IMG/VR virus record: IMGVR_UViG_3300031951_000061
Origin: an uncultured virus (IMG/VR IMGVR_UViG_3300031951_000061)
Lineage: Duplodnaviria > Heunggongvirae > Uroviricota > Caudoviricetes
Length of the DNA: 64,000 bases
Strand: one strand, 5' to 3'
Shown: piece after piece, positions 1 through 8,965 of the stretch
Numbering within the stretch: position 1 is the stretch's first letter
How the letters are laid out: each line of letters starts with the position of its first letter
Translations under genes and position numbers: made by a program
The notes under the pieces: model-generated
Told to the model about the DNA's origin: nothing
Databases searched by the model: none
Seen by the model: only the letters and a program-made list of their open reading frames with translations

Positions 1-126
1 GGATTTTACCTAGCAAAAACTTCTCCACACATTATTTATTCAAGGGCTAATGAAGTATTAGAAGCCATGCAGTATAATAAAGAGGTTGAGCAATTAGATA
101 GGGGAAACTACAATGGCAGAAGGTAA
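1..126 (+). CDS. hypothetical protein, 3' fragment
   Basis: Frame 1 is open from the window edge (GFYLAKTSPH...NGRR*) and overlaps the next gene start. Confidence 0.55.
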   Translation, partial: GFYLAKTSPHIIYSRANEVLEAMQYNKEVEQLDRGNYNGRR

Positions 127-379
127 TGTCTTTCAGAATAAAATAACTATTCTTTCTGAGTTATGGATGAACTATCGTGATGACCAAGAGTTAGAGGATT
201 TTATAAACTACAACGACCTTGGTTTGCCATTGGCATATTTTTTAATGAACGAAATTGTTTTGCCAACTGAGCAAGCAGAGGTTTATATTAACGAAACTTA
301 TGACTTATTAATTGCTTCTCTTACTGTTGAGGATAAGCGGTGGGAAAGTCTTGACGAAATGTTAGGCTCCCAAATCTAG
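113..379 (+). CDS. hypothetical acidic protein
   Basis: 88-aa ORF with AGGGG SD-like site upstream. Confidence 0.7.
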   Translation: MAEGNVFQNKITILSELWMNYRDDQELEDFINYNDLGLPLAYFLMNEIVLPTEQAEVYINETYDLLIASLTVEDKRWESLDEMLGSQI

Positions 380-504
380 GCGCTGCCTCGGGACCCACAT
401 GTCCAAACCACCAAACCATTTTTCTAAAAAACATTAAGAACCCTTTCAAAAAAATCCCAGATTGTGGGAGATTACGTAATCTGTAGAATTTTCCAGATTC
501 ATAC

Positions 505-865
505 CAAACCTTCAAACCTTCCTATCTAACAAACCTTCAAACCTTTATATCCCAAACCTTTGTATCAGGAATCCTATGTGTCTTATACTAGTGATATGGT
601 GTATATCTTTTTATCCCCGCCTTTTTTGCAGCCCCGCCTAGCGCTGAATCACAGTACTATTAGACATTACGAAGCGGGAATTTAAATCTACAAATAATTA
701 AAACTTTCCCTATAGTTATCAAACCTTTCTAGATTTTTTCCTGGTGTTTTAAAAGATTTTATAACTTTTTTGTTATGTTTTTATGGGGTTTTTGGGCTAT
801 CAAGGTTTGACAATATGAAGGTTTGGGAGTATAATCCATGCGAGATATGGGGATAGGAAGGTTTG
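505..865. repeat. CAAACCTT octamer array, direct and inverted copies
   Basis: + copies at 505, 513, 530, 538, 553, 720; inverted copies (AAGGTTTG) at 802, 818, 858. Confidence 0.85.
807..835 (+). promoter_or_regulatory. consensus sigma70/SigA promoter
   Basis: TTGACA (807-812), N17, TATAAT (830-835). Confidence 0.75.
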
Positions 866-1036
866 GGATAGGGGGTTTGGGCGCCAGGACATTACGACGC
901 CATCTATAAAAACGCTCAATCACCCACTATCCTCCACTTTCCTCCACCAAAACTATATCTAAAAAATATCAGTAAGATTTATTTTGGATTTACATCAGTA
1001 TGTATAGATGATATACTTGTATGATTAGGGGAGAAA

Positions 1037-1759
1037 ATGTCAAAAAATATAAATTTTAGGGCTAGAAGTAAAACTGAATTTGAGATACAACTTAAGCCAT
1101 ATCCAGCAGTAAAACAACTTCCCGAATGGTTTGTAAAGTCATCACCACATTGGGGATCACACATTTTCCCACAAGATGGTAAACTTCATTTTAGAAATAG
1201 AGAAGCAAATAATACATATAAAAAATGTGTTCCATTGCTTGACAGTTTAAGCGCTGGGTATATAATTCCATTATGGGCAGATGTAATGGTTGAACAAAGA
1301 GATGGATTTCCTGAAATATATTGGAAAACCCAAAAAGATATATTTCAATTACATGGACAGCCATCTAGAGAAATTCCAGCACCAGTGGGATATGATCAGA
1401 TAGTCTACAAATATAATAACTGCTGGATACCACAAACACCTAAAGGATATTCATGTTTAATAATATCTCCAGTTGGCTATAATGACCTACCATTTTATGC
1501 AGTTTCAGCAATTGTAGATACTGATAAATCAACACTTGAATTAGTTTTTCCAATGTGGGTTAAAACTGGTTTTGAAGGTGTGGTTGAAAAAGGTACTCCA
1601 ATAGTACAAATTATTCCTTTTAAACGAGATGATTGGGATTCCACATTTGATTATTATGAAGATGGAGAATATGTAAATGTTATTGAAGAAAGAAACTTTA
1701 ATAGCACTATGATAGGACACTATCTAAAAAACCATCACTCCAAGAAAAAATTCAAATAA
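1037..1759 (+). CDS. dUTPase-fold-like uncharacterised protein, paralog A
   Basis: Motifs PEWF, KKCVPLLD..SAGY, TPKGYS, DLPF, SAIVDTD, GTPIVQIIPFKR. Confidence 0.75.
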   Translation: MSKNINFRARSKTEFEIQLKPYPAVKQLPEWFVKSSPHWGSHIFPQDGKLHFRNREANNTYKKCVPLLDSLSAGYIIPLWADVMVEQRDGFPEIYWKTQKDIFQLHGQPSREIPAPVGYDQIVYKYNNCWIPQTPKGYSCLIISPVGYNDLPFYAVSAIVDTDKSTLELVFPMWVKTGFEGVVEKGTPIVQIIPFKRDDWDSTFDYYEDGEYVNVIEERNFNSTMIGHYLKNHHSKKKFK

Positions 1760-1767
1760 TCGCAGGG

Positions 1768-1901
1768 TATCAAACCATCGCCCTGGTCTCATATTGTCCA
1801 TATCAAACCTTCTGATCAGAGATATTGGACATACTATCAAACCTTGATATGGGGGATATCAAGCACATTCTGTGTCTGGGATATCTGGGATACAAGGTTT
1901 G
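1768..1901. repeat. second cluster of TATCAAACC/CAAACCTT motifs
   Basis: TATCAAACC at 1768, 1801, 1835; inverted AAGGTTTG at 1894; GGGGATATC twice. Confidence 0.7.
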
Positions 1902-1918
1902 TTATTACACTAGGGGGA

Positions 1919-2056
1919 TTACGGTCTTTCTTTGTATTCCCGCCGATTTTCTAATTCTAGAATACGTTTCTTAAGGGGTTTAAGCATATGCAACACTAAG
2001 ACAAAATCCAAGGCTAATCCCACAACAAGTCCAACAAAAAACCAAAACACTCCCAT
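1919..2056 (-). CDS. small membrane protein, 45 aa (not in ORF track)
   Basis: MGVFWFFVGLVVGLALDFVLVLHMLKPLKKRILELENRREYKERP; AAGGAG SD. Confidence 0.7.
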   Translation of the reverse strand: MGVFWFFVGLVVGLALDFVLVLHMLKPLKKRILELENRREYKERP

Positions 2057-2196
2057 ACCCACTCCTTATCTATATAATCCATTATATCGCATAGGCAGGA
2101 TATTAACCGATATTGCCCATGTTGGGCAGAGGAAGGTTTGTTAGTTCTATTTTGCGCCGAACTCTATACCAGCCAAAAATAGTGTTATTATAATTT

Positions 2197-2294
2197 TCTG
2201 CACCACCTCATCGTGGAGTCGCAGATATGTCGTGGGAAGACAGCGACATTAAAAAAATGGGATAGTCCTGAGCATGACTGTAAAAAACTGCTTA
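2197..2294 (+). ncRNA. candidate structured RNA: two hairpins plus 3' pseudoknot
   Basis: Follows TATAAT at 2189-2194. Stems TCTGC/GCAGA with CCAC/GTGG, ATGTCG/CGACAT, then TAGTC-CTGAGCAT-GACTG..AAACTGCTTA. Confidence 0.5.
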
Positions 2295-2295
2295 T

Positions 2296-2324
2296 TTGAC
2301 TTATACCCAGAAAGATGATAAGAT
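2296..2324 (+). promoter_or_regulatory. promoter for a leaderless gene at 2331
   Basis: TTGACT, N17, TAAGAT preceded by TG; ATG 7 nt after the -10. Confidence 0.6.
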
Positions 2325-2330
2325 TTATAA

Positions 2331-2522
2331 ATGAACTTAAATGAAATAATTGAAGAATCCATGAATGAAACACCTACAAACCTTACCTGGGATGAACCAG
2401 AAAATGGTGTATGGAAAGGCTGGACTTATAGCCAAACCAAAAATCGTTATTACTTTGATGATATAGGAAATGAGTCTCTTACAGACTTATGGTCGGAGGC
2501 ATTCTTAAGGCAGGCAGAATAG
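2331..2522 (+). CDS. hypothetical protein
   Basis: 63-aa ORF directly behind a promoter. Confidence 0.7.
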   Translation: MNLNEIIEESMNETPTNLTWDEPENGVWKGWTYSQTKNRYYFDDIGNESLTDLWSEAFLRQAE

Positions 2523-2525
2523 TGT

Positions 2526-2642
2526 ATGATTGAAGTACTTTGCTTTAATTGTGGACTTATGTTTACCGTGCCAAATATGACAAATTACCCTACAAAACAT
2601 TGTCCTAAATGTAATAATAAACCTTTAAGAATGGTACAATGA
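2526..2642 (+). CDS. micro zinc-ribbon protein, 38 aa (not in ORF track)
   Basis: MIEVLCFNCGLMFTVPNMTNYPTKHCPKCNNKPLRMVQ: two CxxC. Confidence 0.6.
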   Translation: MIEVLCFNCGLMFTVPNMTNYPTKHCPKCNNKPLRMVQ

Positions 2643-3346
2643 TAAATATGTTTAAAAAAAAACCAATTCTTCAATATGAATCTGCTGTAAAAATATATCC
2701 AAATATTCTTATTCCAGCAAAAAATAACATTCCAGAATGGTATAAAGAAATCCCTGTGTGGAAAAACAATGAAATTTTTACAGTTAATAAAGGTTTTAAT
2801 GTTACAGTTAAGCACTGTATGCCATTTTTGGATTCTTTAATTACTGGATACTTAGTTGTTTTACCAAATGATATTTATATTAAAAATAATAATGGGCTAC
2901 CGCTTATTACGTGGAACAAAAGTGAGTTTCCACCACTTAATAGAGAAGAGCCTTCAATATTAAAATCTGTTCCATTTGGTCATTCTCCGATAGAATTTGT
3001 TTGGCAATTTGGTGTTGCAAATGCTGTTCCAAAAAACTACAGCATGCTAATTACTCATCCACTTAATAGATATGATCTTCCGTTTACAACTTTAAGTGGT
3101 ATTGTTGATGGTGGACTGGTTATGAATCCTAAAGGAAAAATTCCATTTTTTATTAAAGAGGGATTTGAAGGTATAATTCCACAAGGAACCCCCATAGCAC
3201 AAATTATTCCATTTCGTCAAGAAAACTGGGAAAGCGTAAACACAAAAGGATTATTGGAAAAATCCGATGAACACGGATCAAAAACTTCGTCTTTAATATA
3301 TGGTTGGTATAAAAAAACATTTTGGACACGTAAAAAATATAATTAA
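2639..3346 (+). CDS. dUTPase-fold-like uncharacterised protein, paralog B (start may be 2648)
   Basis: PEWY, KHCMPFLD..TGY, YSMLITHPLNRYDLPF, SGIVD, GTPIAQIIPFR. Confidence 0.75.
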   Translation: MINMFKKKPILQYESAVKIYPNILIPAKNNIPEWYKEIPVWKNNEIFTVNKGFNVTVKHCMPFLDSLITGYLVVLPNDIYIKNNNGLPLITWNKSEFPPLNREEPSILKSVPFGHSPIEFVWQFGVANAVPKNYSMLITHPLNRYDLPFTTLSGIVDGGLVMNPKGKIPFFIKEGFEGIIPQGTPIAQIIPFRQENWESVNTKGLLEKSDEHGSKTSSLIYGWYKKTFWTRKKYN

Positions 3347-3387
3347 TTTTTTATATTTTAAATGTAACATTTTTAAAAAACAAAGTT

Positions 3388-3564
3388 TTAAAGTTTAATA
3401 TCAAAACTTTCTTCACACTTCCTGCAATATGAAGCAGGACTATTTTTTGTGTGATAGGTTGTAGATACTAAAAATACCAAACCTTCTTTATGCATATCCA
3501 CATACTTGGGATTAGCATAGCCGTAGAGTATAGGGATTAGTTTATTACCACAATGAGGGCACAT
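3388..3564 (-). CDS. small zinc-binding protein, 58 aa (not in ORF track)
   Basis: MCPHCGNKLIPILYG...SYCRKCEESFDIKL. Confidence 0.65.
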   Translation of the reverse strand: MCPHCGNKLIPILYGYANPKYVDMHKEGLVFLVSTTYHTKNSPASYCRKCEESFDIKL

Positions 3565-3565
3565 T

Positions 3566-3913
3566 TCAAGGTACCGTCCTCATTATCTTATAAGAGTATG
3601 GGTTAAGTGGGTCATAGTTATATCCACCAGTGCTTTTGTTATACCGTGCCACAAGGGCGTTATATCTATCAATAATATCAGAAATTACAGTATTCGCTTT
3701 ATCAATATCCCGCCCATGTGCATCTTGTTCTCTTATTAAATCAAGACGGCTGCTTGCAATAATGTCACTGGTATAACGAATACAATAATTAGATTGATCT
3801 AAGGTCATCTTGCGAGATTGTTTTAAATCCCCTCCCATAAAAAGCAAGACGGTTGCAAGAATTACGATCAAGGTGGATTGCACCCAGATTATGCTTTTAA
3901 GTTTAAAACTCAT
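3566..3913 (-). CDS. membrane-anchored hypothetical protein
   Basis: N-terminal hydrophobic helix followed by a helical region. Confidence 0.65.
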   Translation of the reverse strand: MSFKLKSIIWVQSTLIVILATVLLFMGGDLKQSRKMTLDQSNYCIRYTSDIIASSRLDLIREQDAHGRDIDKANTVISDIIDRYNALVARYNKSTGGYNYDPLNPYSYKIMRTVP

Positions 3914-3935
3914 ATAATTATATTATATACTATTC

Positions 3936-3965
3936 TTGACAATTAAGCAACCCAAACAGTATAAT
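3936..3965 (+). promoter_or_regulatory. sigma70-type promoter
   Basis: TTGACA, N18, TATAAT. Confidence 0.6.
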
Positions 3966-3974
3966 AGAATAACG

Positions 3975-4085
3975 ATGAATAATTTAAAAAGATATGTTAT
4001 TTGCCCAAACTGTAGTAAAGAAATTGAACTTAGATGGGGCATATTTGGTCATAATACGTTAGCAAGACACTTAAAGCAACATTAA
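3975..4085 (+). CDS. micro C2H2-type zinc finger, 36 aa (not in ORF track)
   Basis: MNNLKRYVICPNCSKEIELRWGIFGHNTLARHLKQH. Confidence 0.6.
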   Translation: MNNLKRYVICPNCSKEIELRWGIFGHNTLARHLKQH

Positions 4086-4107
4086 ACCCTTATGATACAA
4101 TATAAAT

Positions 4108-4863
4108 ATGCGTAAAAAAGTATTTATTTTTGGAGACTCTTGTACCGCCGACATAGCAAGTGCTCAAATTCCAGACTTACAGGATATATGGGATGGGAAA
4201 AGGGTTAAACATGAAGATTATAAAAAAATTATAATTGATGATTTAGATTTTACCTTCTGTTGGCAAATTGGAGCACCCGCAGCAAAAACTTATAAAGACC
4301 ATACATTTTTAGACTCAATGATAAATATTTTACCAACAAAAATTGATGAAGAGTCATTAGTATTTTTATATTATGGTGGAATGGATGTAGAGCAACAATT
4401 TTCCCCAGACAATGATGCATCAATAGTGGTTGATAATTATTTTAATTCTACACAAAACTTTTTTAAAAAAATTACACCAAATGTTTTTTATATTGAGGTC
4501 TCTGGTCTTGCAGAAGTTACTCATGGGGCATTAAAAAAATTACTACCAAAAATTCCAAATGAACAAAGAACAAAAAATTGGATGGATTTTACTACAAAAC
4601 TAAAAGAAAAATGCATAGATAATAATATTTTAGAGCCATTTAGTATTGGGTTAGAAACTTTTGGTTCATTAACTAGAATAACTGGCATAGATACACCAGA
4701 TGGATATCACTTTTATAGACATAAAAGCGAATTAATAAGGCTTGATTTAGCCAAATGGATTAAAAAAAATAAACAAAAATTTGCAAAAACTACATTAGAA
4801 ACTTGGTCATCTATGAAACATAATGGACCATATGATGAAGACTTAAGCATATATGAAATTTAA
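4108..4863 (+). CDS. SGNH/GDSL-like hydrolase
   Basis: N-terminal FIFGDS (block I) and C-terminal PDGYH (DxxH). Confidence 0.65.
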   Translation: MRKKVFIFGDSCTADIASAQIPDLQDIWDGKRVKHEDYKKIIIDDLDFTFCWQIGAPAAKTYKDHTFLDSMINILPTKIDEESLVFLYYGGMDVEQQFSPDNDASIVVDNYFNSTQNFFKKITPNVFYIEVSGLAEVTHGALKKLLPKIPNEQRTKNWMDFTTKLKEKCIDNNILEPFSIGLETFGSLTRITGIDTPDGYHFYRHKSELIRLDLAKWIKKNKQKFAKTTLETWSSMKHNGPYDEDLSIYEI

Positions 4864-4965
4864 TAATTTTTGTATTACTTGTGGCAATAAATTGGTAAAT
4901 GAAGACTGTAACTATTGTTTAAATAATTCAAATACATTAAAAATTTTTGAAAAGGAGCCAGACTA

Positions 4966-6282
4966 ATGTTACCCAATGGTCCTAGATCAAAACTTTTATT
5001 TTTATCTTTCAAAAAAAATCCACCATTGTTTTTATTAAATAATAAAAATAAATATGGAGATGTATTTTCTTTTTTATATAACAAAAAACCAATTGTTTGT
5101 TTCTTTTCTCCCAAAGCAGTAAATGAAATTACAGTAACTAAACATGAAAACTTTATAAAAGTTGGCCCAACCGTTAAATTAAAAGAACTGCTTGGTGATG
5201 GATTAATTACAAGTGAAGAGCCAATACATATGGAGCATAAAAGAATTGTATCTCCTTCATTTCATTCAAAAAATATATTAAGTTATTCGCAAGAAATGTT
5301 AGATATAACAAGAACATATACAGAAAAATGGTTAAATAATGATAAGGTAAACATAAATTTAGAGGTTATGTCTCTTACTTTTGATATTACAACAAAAGTT
5401 TTATTTAATTCAGACCTTTCCAAAGATACTGAAAAGGTTAAAAAAAATATGGACATGGTTACTCTAGGCACTACACAACTTTTACCATTTAAACTAAATA
5501 AATTAAGAAAATATAATATTCCATATTTTAACAGATATACAAAATCTACTAAAATTTTAAGGGCTATTGCAAAAGAAATTTTTGAAAATAAAGTAAAAGA
5601 TAAAAAACATAATCTAACAAAATTAGTTGAAGCATTAAACTTAGCAGTTAAAAATAAAAAAATTAAAAAACAAGATGCATATGATGAAACATTGACAATG
5701 ATTACTGCTGGCCACGAAACCACTTCAAACTCAGTAATGTGGGCATTTTCTTATTTATCTAATAGGCCAGATCTTTGGAATTTATTAAAAGAGGAATCTA
5801 AGGAAATATTTAAGTATGAAAATACTCCTGAGTTTGGACAAAAAATATTAAATTCAAAGATAGCAACCTCAATCATTAATGAGTCATTAAGGCTTTGTCC
5901 ACCAGTATGGTCAAACACCAGAAGAACAATTAAAGATGTGGAAATTGATGGATTTTTTTTAAAAAAAGGAACAACCGTATTAATAAGTTCTTATGTAACA
6001 CATAGAGATTTAAATTATTTTTATCAACCAGAAGAATTTATTCCAGAAAGATGGTATGATGGACTTGAAAAACAATTGCCAAATGGATCATACTTTCCAT
6101 TTAGTCTTGGATCACGAAGATGTATAGGTGATCAATTTGCAATAATGGAAGCAAAAATAATACTTCTTGAAACAGCAAATAAAATGAAATTATTATTAGA
6201 TTCAGGTTTTCCAAAAGCATCTGCAGAATTAACACTAAGAACTAAAAAAAATGTATTAATGAATGTTGTTAAGGAGAAATAA
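4966..6282 (+). CDS. cytochrome P450
   Basis: I-helix AGHETT, ExxR (ESLR), FIPERW, heme motif FSLGSRRCIG; AAAGGAG SD. Confidence 0.96.
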   Translation: MLPNGPRSKLLFLSFKKNPPLFLLNNKNKYGDVFSFLYNKKPIVCFFSPKAVNEITVTKHENFIKVGPTVKLKELLGDGLITSEEPIHMEHKRIVSPSFHSKNILSYSQEMLDITRTYTEKWLNNDKVNINLEVMSLTFDITTKVLFNSDLSKDTEKVKKNMDMVTLGTTQLLPFKLNKLRKYNIPYFNRYTKSTKILRAIAKEIFENKVKDKKHNLTKLVEALNLAVKNKKIKKQDAYDETLTMITAGHETTSNSVMWAFSYLSNRPDLWNLLKEESKEIFKYENTPEFGQKILNSKIATSIINESLRLCPPVWSNTRRTIKDVEIDGFFLKKGTTVLISSYVTHRDLNYFYQPEEFIPERWYDGLEKQLPNGSYFPFSLGSRRCIGDQFAIMEAKIILLETANKMKLLLDSGFPKASAELTLRTKKNVLMNVVKEK

Positions 6283-6495
6283 ATGTCTAACTGGACAGAG
6301 CAAGTAACAGATGAACAAAAAGAACAGATTTGGCATTTCATTGTAGAAACAGTTAAAGAGATACGTGAACAAATTGCTCAAGATATTGAGGGCACCAGTG
6401 ATTTATGGAAAGTAAAAGGTTTAAATAAATCCCGTCGTACAACCAAAGCATTTCAAATATCTGCTGCAATTGCCAGAGGACAGAATGAAATTTAA
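6283..6495 (+). CDS. hypothetical protein
   Basis: 70-aa ORF with AAGGAG SD, abutting the P450 stop. Confidence 0.7.
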   Translation: MSNWTEQVTDEQKEQIWHFIVETVKEIREQIAQDIEGTSDLWKVKGLNKSRRTTKAFQISAAIARGQNEI

Positions 6496-6513
6496 ATCAA
6501 ATTTGGATATTTT

Positions 6514-7296
6514 ATGCGTTATAATAAACTTTTAGTTGCAAAACACACACAATCATTAGAGCATCCATATTATTTTTGGACTGGATATTTTATTCCAATA
6601 GCAAACGAATTAAGAAAACAAAAATATGATGACACCATGTTTGTAGTTAGAGAATGTGGACCAATGACTCCTTGGTTAGAATCTTTACAAAAAATGTATC
6701 CAATTACTATAAAAAGTTCAGGTTTAATTTTAAAATATTATTTAATTGGTATGCCAAGTATTGTTTTTGATTATTGGGACAACTCTGATAAATTTGTTAA
6801 TGATGAATTTCAAGAAACCATAAAATTTTTAAAAAATATATATAATTTACCAACAAATAACAATAAAAATAATATTGGAATTTTAAATAGAAACAATAAT
6901 TTTGATTTTAAAAAAATAGAAATACCAAAAATAAAAGATATGCCAGTGCGTTCAATTAAAAATATTAACGAATTACACAGCGCTATTTCTAATTTTTATA
7001 ATTCTGAATTAATTGATACATCAGATACCAATCCAGAAGATGCTATTCAAATTTATTCTAATTTAAAAGTATTAATTGGTCAATGGGGTGCTGGATTAAC
7101 CAATATGATCTGGATGGATAAGGGAAGTTTAATTATTGAAATATGCGCTAGACCAATGGTCAGTAACGATGCTTTTGAACTTTTAGCAAATGCACTAGGC
7201 CATAAATTTATAAGAATTTTTGCACAAAACTCATGGACTGAAGATGTAAATATAGATTTAATTATGGATATATTAAAAAAAGAAAAGGTAGCATAA
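6514..7296 (+). CDS. glycosyltransferase family 61-like
   Basis: LIGQWGAGLTNMIWM..GSLIIEI matches the HGAGLTN-type motif. Confidence 0.75.
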   Translation: MRYNKLLVAKHTQSLEHPYYFWTGYFIPIANELRKQKYDDTMFVVRECGPMTPWLESLQKMYPITIKSSGLILKYYLIGMPSIVFDYWDNSDKFVNDEFQETIKFLKNIYNLPTNNNKNNIGILNRNNNFDFKKIEIPKIKDMPVRSIKNINELHSAISNFYNSELIDTSDTNPEDAIQIYSNLKVLIGQWGAGLTNMIWMDKGSLIIEICARPMVSNDAFELLANALGHKFIRIFAQNSWTEDVNIDLIMDILKKEKVA

Positions 7297-7297
7297 T

Positions 7298-7972
7298 ATG
7301 ATTGGTTTAATTCCTGCTGCTGGAGATGCAAAAAGAATGTTAGAAATTCCTAAATTTCTTTTACCAATTTTTAAAACAGAAAAAACATTAATATCTTGGC
7401 ATATAGAAAATCAATTAAAATTTTGTGAAAGAGTTGTTATAATTACAAAACCAGAAAATGCAATATTTTTTAGACATTTAGCACAAAATGAAAAAATAAG
7501 TATTTTAGTTGTTGAAACTAAAACCATGTCTGAAAGCATATTAAGAGCAGTTGAATCATTTCCATCAGACCAATATATCTTGGGTATGCCAGATACTTAC
7601 ACTGTTGGAGAAAACCCTTATGAGATTTTAATTAAAAATATAGATAATTCAAATATGTTACTTGCACTATGGGATATAAAAAAGGATCAATTTGGAACCC
7701 TTGGTCAAGTTTTACTTAGAGGTGATAACACAGTTGCTGATGTAAAAGATAAAGATATTGACTGTAAATATCCAGTTTTTTGGGGATTAATAAAGTTTGA
7801 TAATCAAATAATAAAGCATATAAAAAAAGAAGATGAGCATATTGGGTTTTCTATTATGCCAGCAGCAAATTCTGGACTAATAGTAAAAGGCTTAATTGTT
7901 GGCGGTAGATATTTTGACTGTGGAACAATGGGAAAATATGAAAAATTGATTGAATTTTTATATAAACATTAG
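7298..7972 (+). CDS. sugar-phosphate nucleotidyltransferase-like protein
   Basis: GLIPAAGDAKRM..PKFLLP; C-terminal YFDCGT. Confidence 0.75.
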   Translation: MIGLIPAAGDAKRMLEIPKFLLPIFKTEKTLISWHIENQLKFCERVVIITKPENAIFFRHLAQNEKISILVVETKTMSESILRAVESFPSDQYILGMPDTYTVGENPYEILIKNIDNSNMLLALWDIKKDQFGTLGQVLLRGDNTVADVKDKDIDCKYPVFWGLIKFDNQIIKHIKKEDEHIGFSIMPAANSGLIVKGLIVGGRYFDCGTMGKYEKLIEFLYKH

Positions 7973-8005
7973 ATAGTGTATACTGATATAAACAAAGGGG
8001 TAATC

Positions 8006-8965
8006 TTGGCTAACATAGTATTTCTTGGCAACTTTGAAGTGCCTTATAGTAGTGAGAATCATCATGCTAAGTCTTTAGAATCTCTTGGGCATACCGTTGA
8101 AAAATTGCAAGAAAAAAAAGCAGGCAGCACAGAAATATTAAATGCAGCATTAAAGTCTGATCTATTCATATGGGTACACACACATAGATGGCAAACCCCA
8201 GGATCTAGAACAATGACAGATGTATTAAAAGAATTAAAGGCTGCTGGCGTACCAACTATGACCTATCATTTAGATTTATGGTTTGGCATTGAGCGTGAAA
8301 AAGATTTAAAGGGTGATGATTTTTATACAAGCATAGGTCATTTTTTTGCTACAGATAAGTTAATGTGTGATTGGTTTAATGAAAACACACAGGTTAAAGG
8401 ACACTTCTTGCCTGCTGGTGTATATGATAAAGAGTGTTATGTCCATGAAGACTATGATCCACATAACTTTGAAAACGATATTATCTTTGTTGGTAGTAAG
8501 GGTTATCATCCTGAACATAAATACCGTCCACAACTAATAGATTTCTTACGAAAAACATACGGCAAAAGATTTCTACATGTTGGTGGCGATGGAGACACTG
8601 GCACAGTTCGTGGAGATGCGCTTAATCGTATATATGCAAAAAGCAAAGTAGCAATAGGTGATAGTCTTAACATAAACTTTAACTATCCATACTACACTAG
8701 CGATAGGTTGTTTGAAAGCACTGGTCGTGGTGGTTTTACTATCTACCCTCGTATTAAAGGACTTGAAGAATATTTTAAAGATGAGATTGAAATTGTATTT
8801 TATGAACACGGTAATCTTGAAGATCTAAAAAATAAAATAGATAGATATTTATTAGACGGAGTATCAAGAGAATCAATAAGACTTAATGGACATGAAAGAA
8901 CTAAAAAAGAACATACATATGTTCATAGATGGGCAACTATATTAAAAGAATTAAACATTAGTTAG
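8006..8965 (+). CDS. GT-B glycosyltransferase, CgeB-like
   Basis: DIIFVGS, RPQLIDFL, SDRLFESTGRGGF, HTYVHR; TTG start after AAGGGG. Confidence 0.8.
   Translation: MANIVFLGNFEVPYSSENHHAKSLESLGHTVEKLQEKKAGSTEILNAALKSDLFIWVHTHRWQTPGSRTMTDVLKELKAAGVPTMTYHLDLWFGIEREKDLKGDDFYTSIGHFFATDKLMCDWFNENTQVKGHFLPAGVYDKECYVHEDYDPHNFENDIIFVGSKGYHPEHKYRPQLIDFLRKTYGKRFLHVGGDGDTGTVRGDALNRIYAKSKVAIGDSLNINFNYPYYTSDRLFESTGRGGFTIYPRIKGLEEYFKDEIEIVFYEHGNLEDLKNKIDRYLLDGVSRESIRLNGHERTKKEHTYVHRWATILKELNIS

Noticed and set aside
505..560. Octamer repeats as a CRISPR array (a Cas4-like gene is present at 37293)
   Set aside because: Repeats are 8 nt with 0-9 nt gaps and no unique spacers; stand-alone Cas4-like nucleases are common in phage recombination modules
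1037..1759. Calling paralogs A-E dUTPases (dut)
   Set aside because: They lack the RS motif and the C-terminal RG..GFGS motif; only fold-level resemblance is inferred
3478..3485. Further CAAACCTT copies here and in terL, dnaE and other genes
   Set aside because: Isolated and inside coding sequence; compatible with chance
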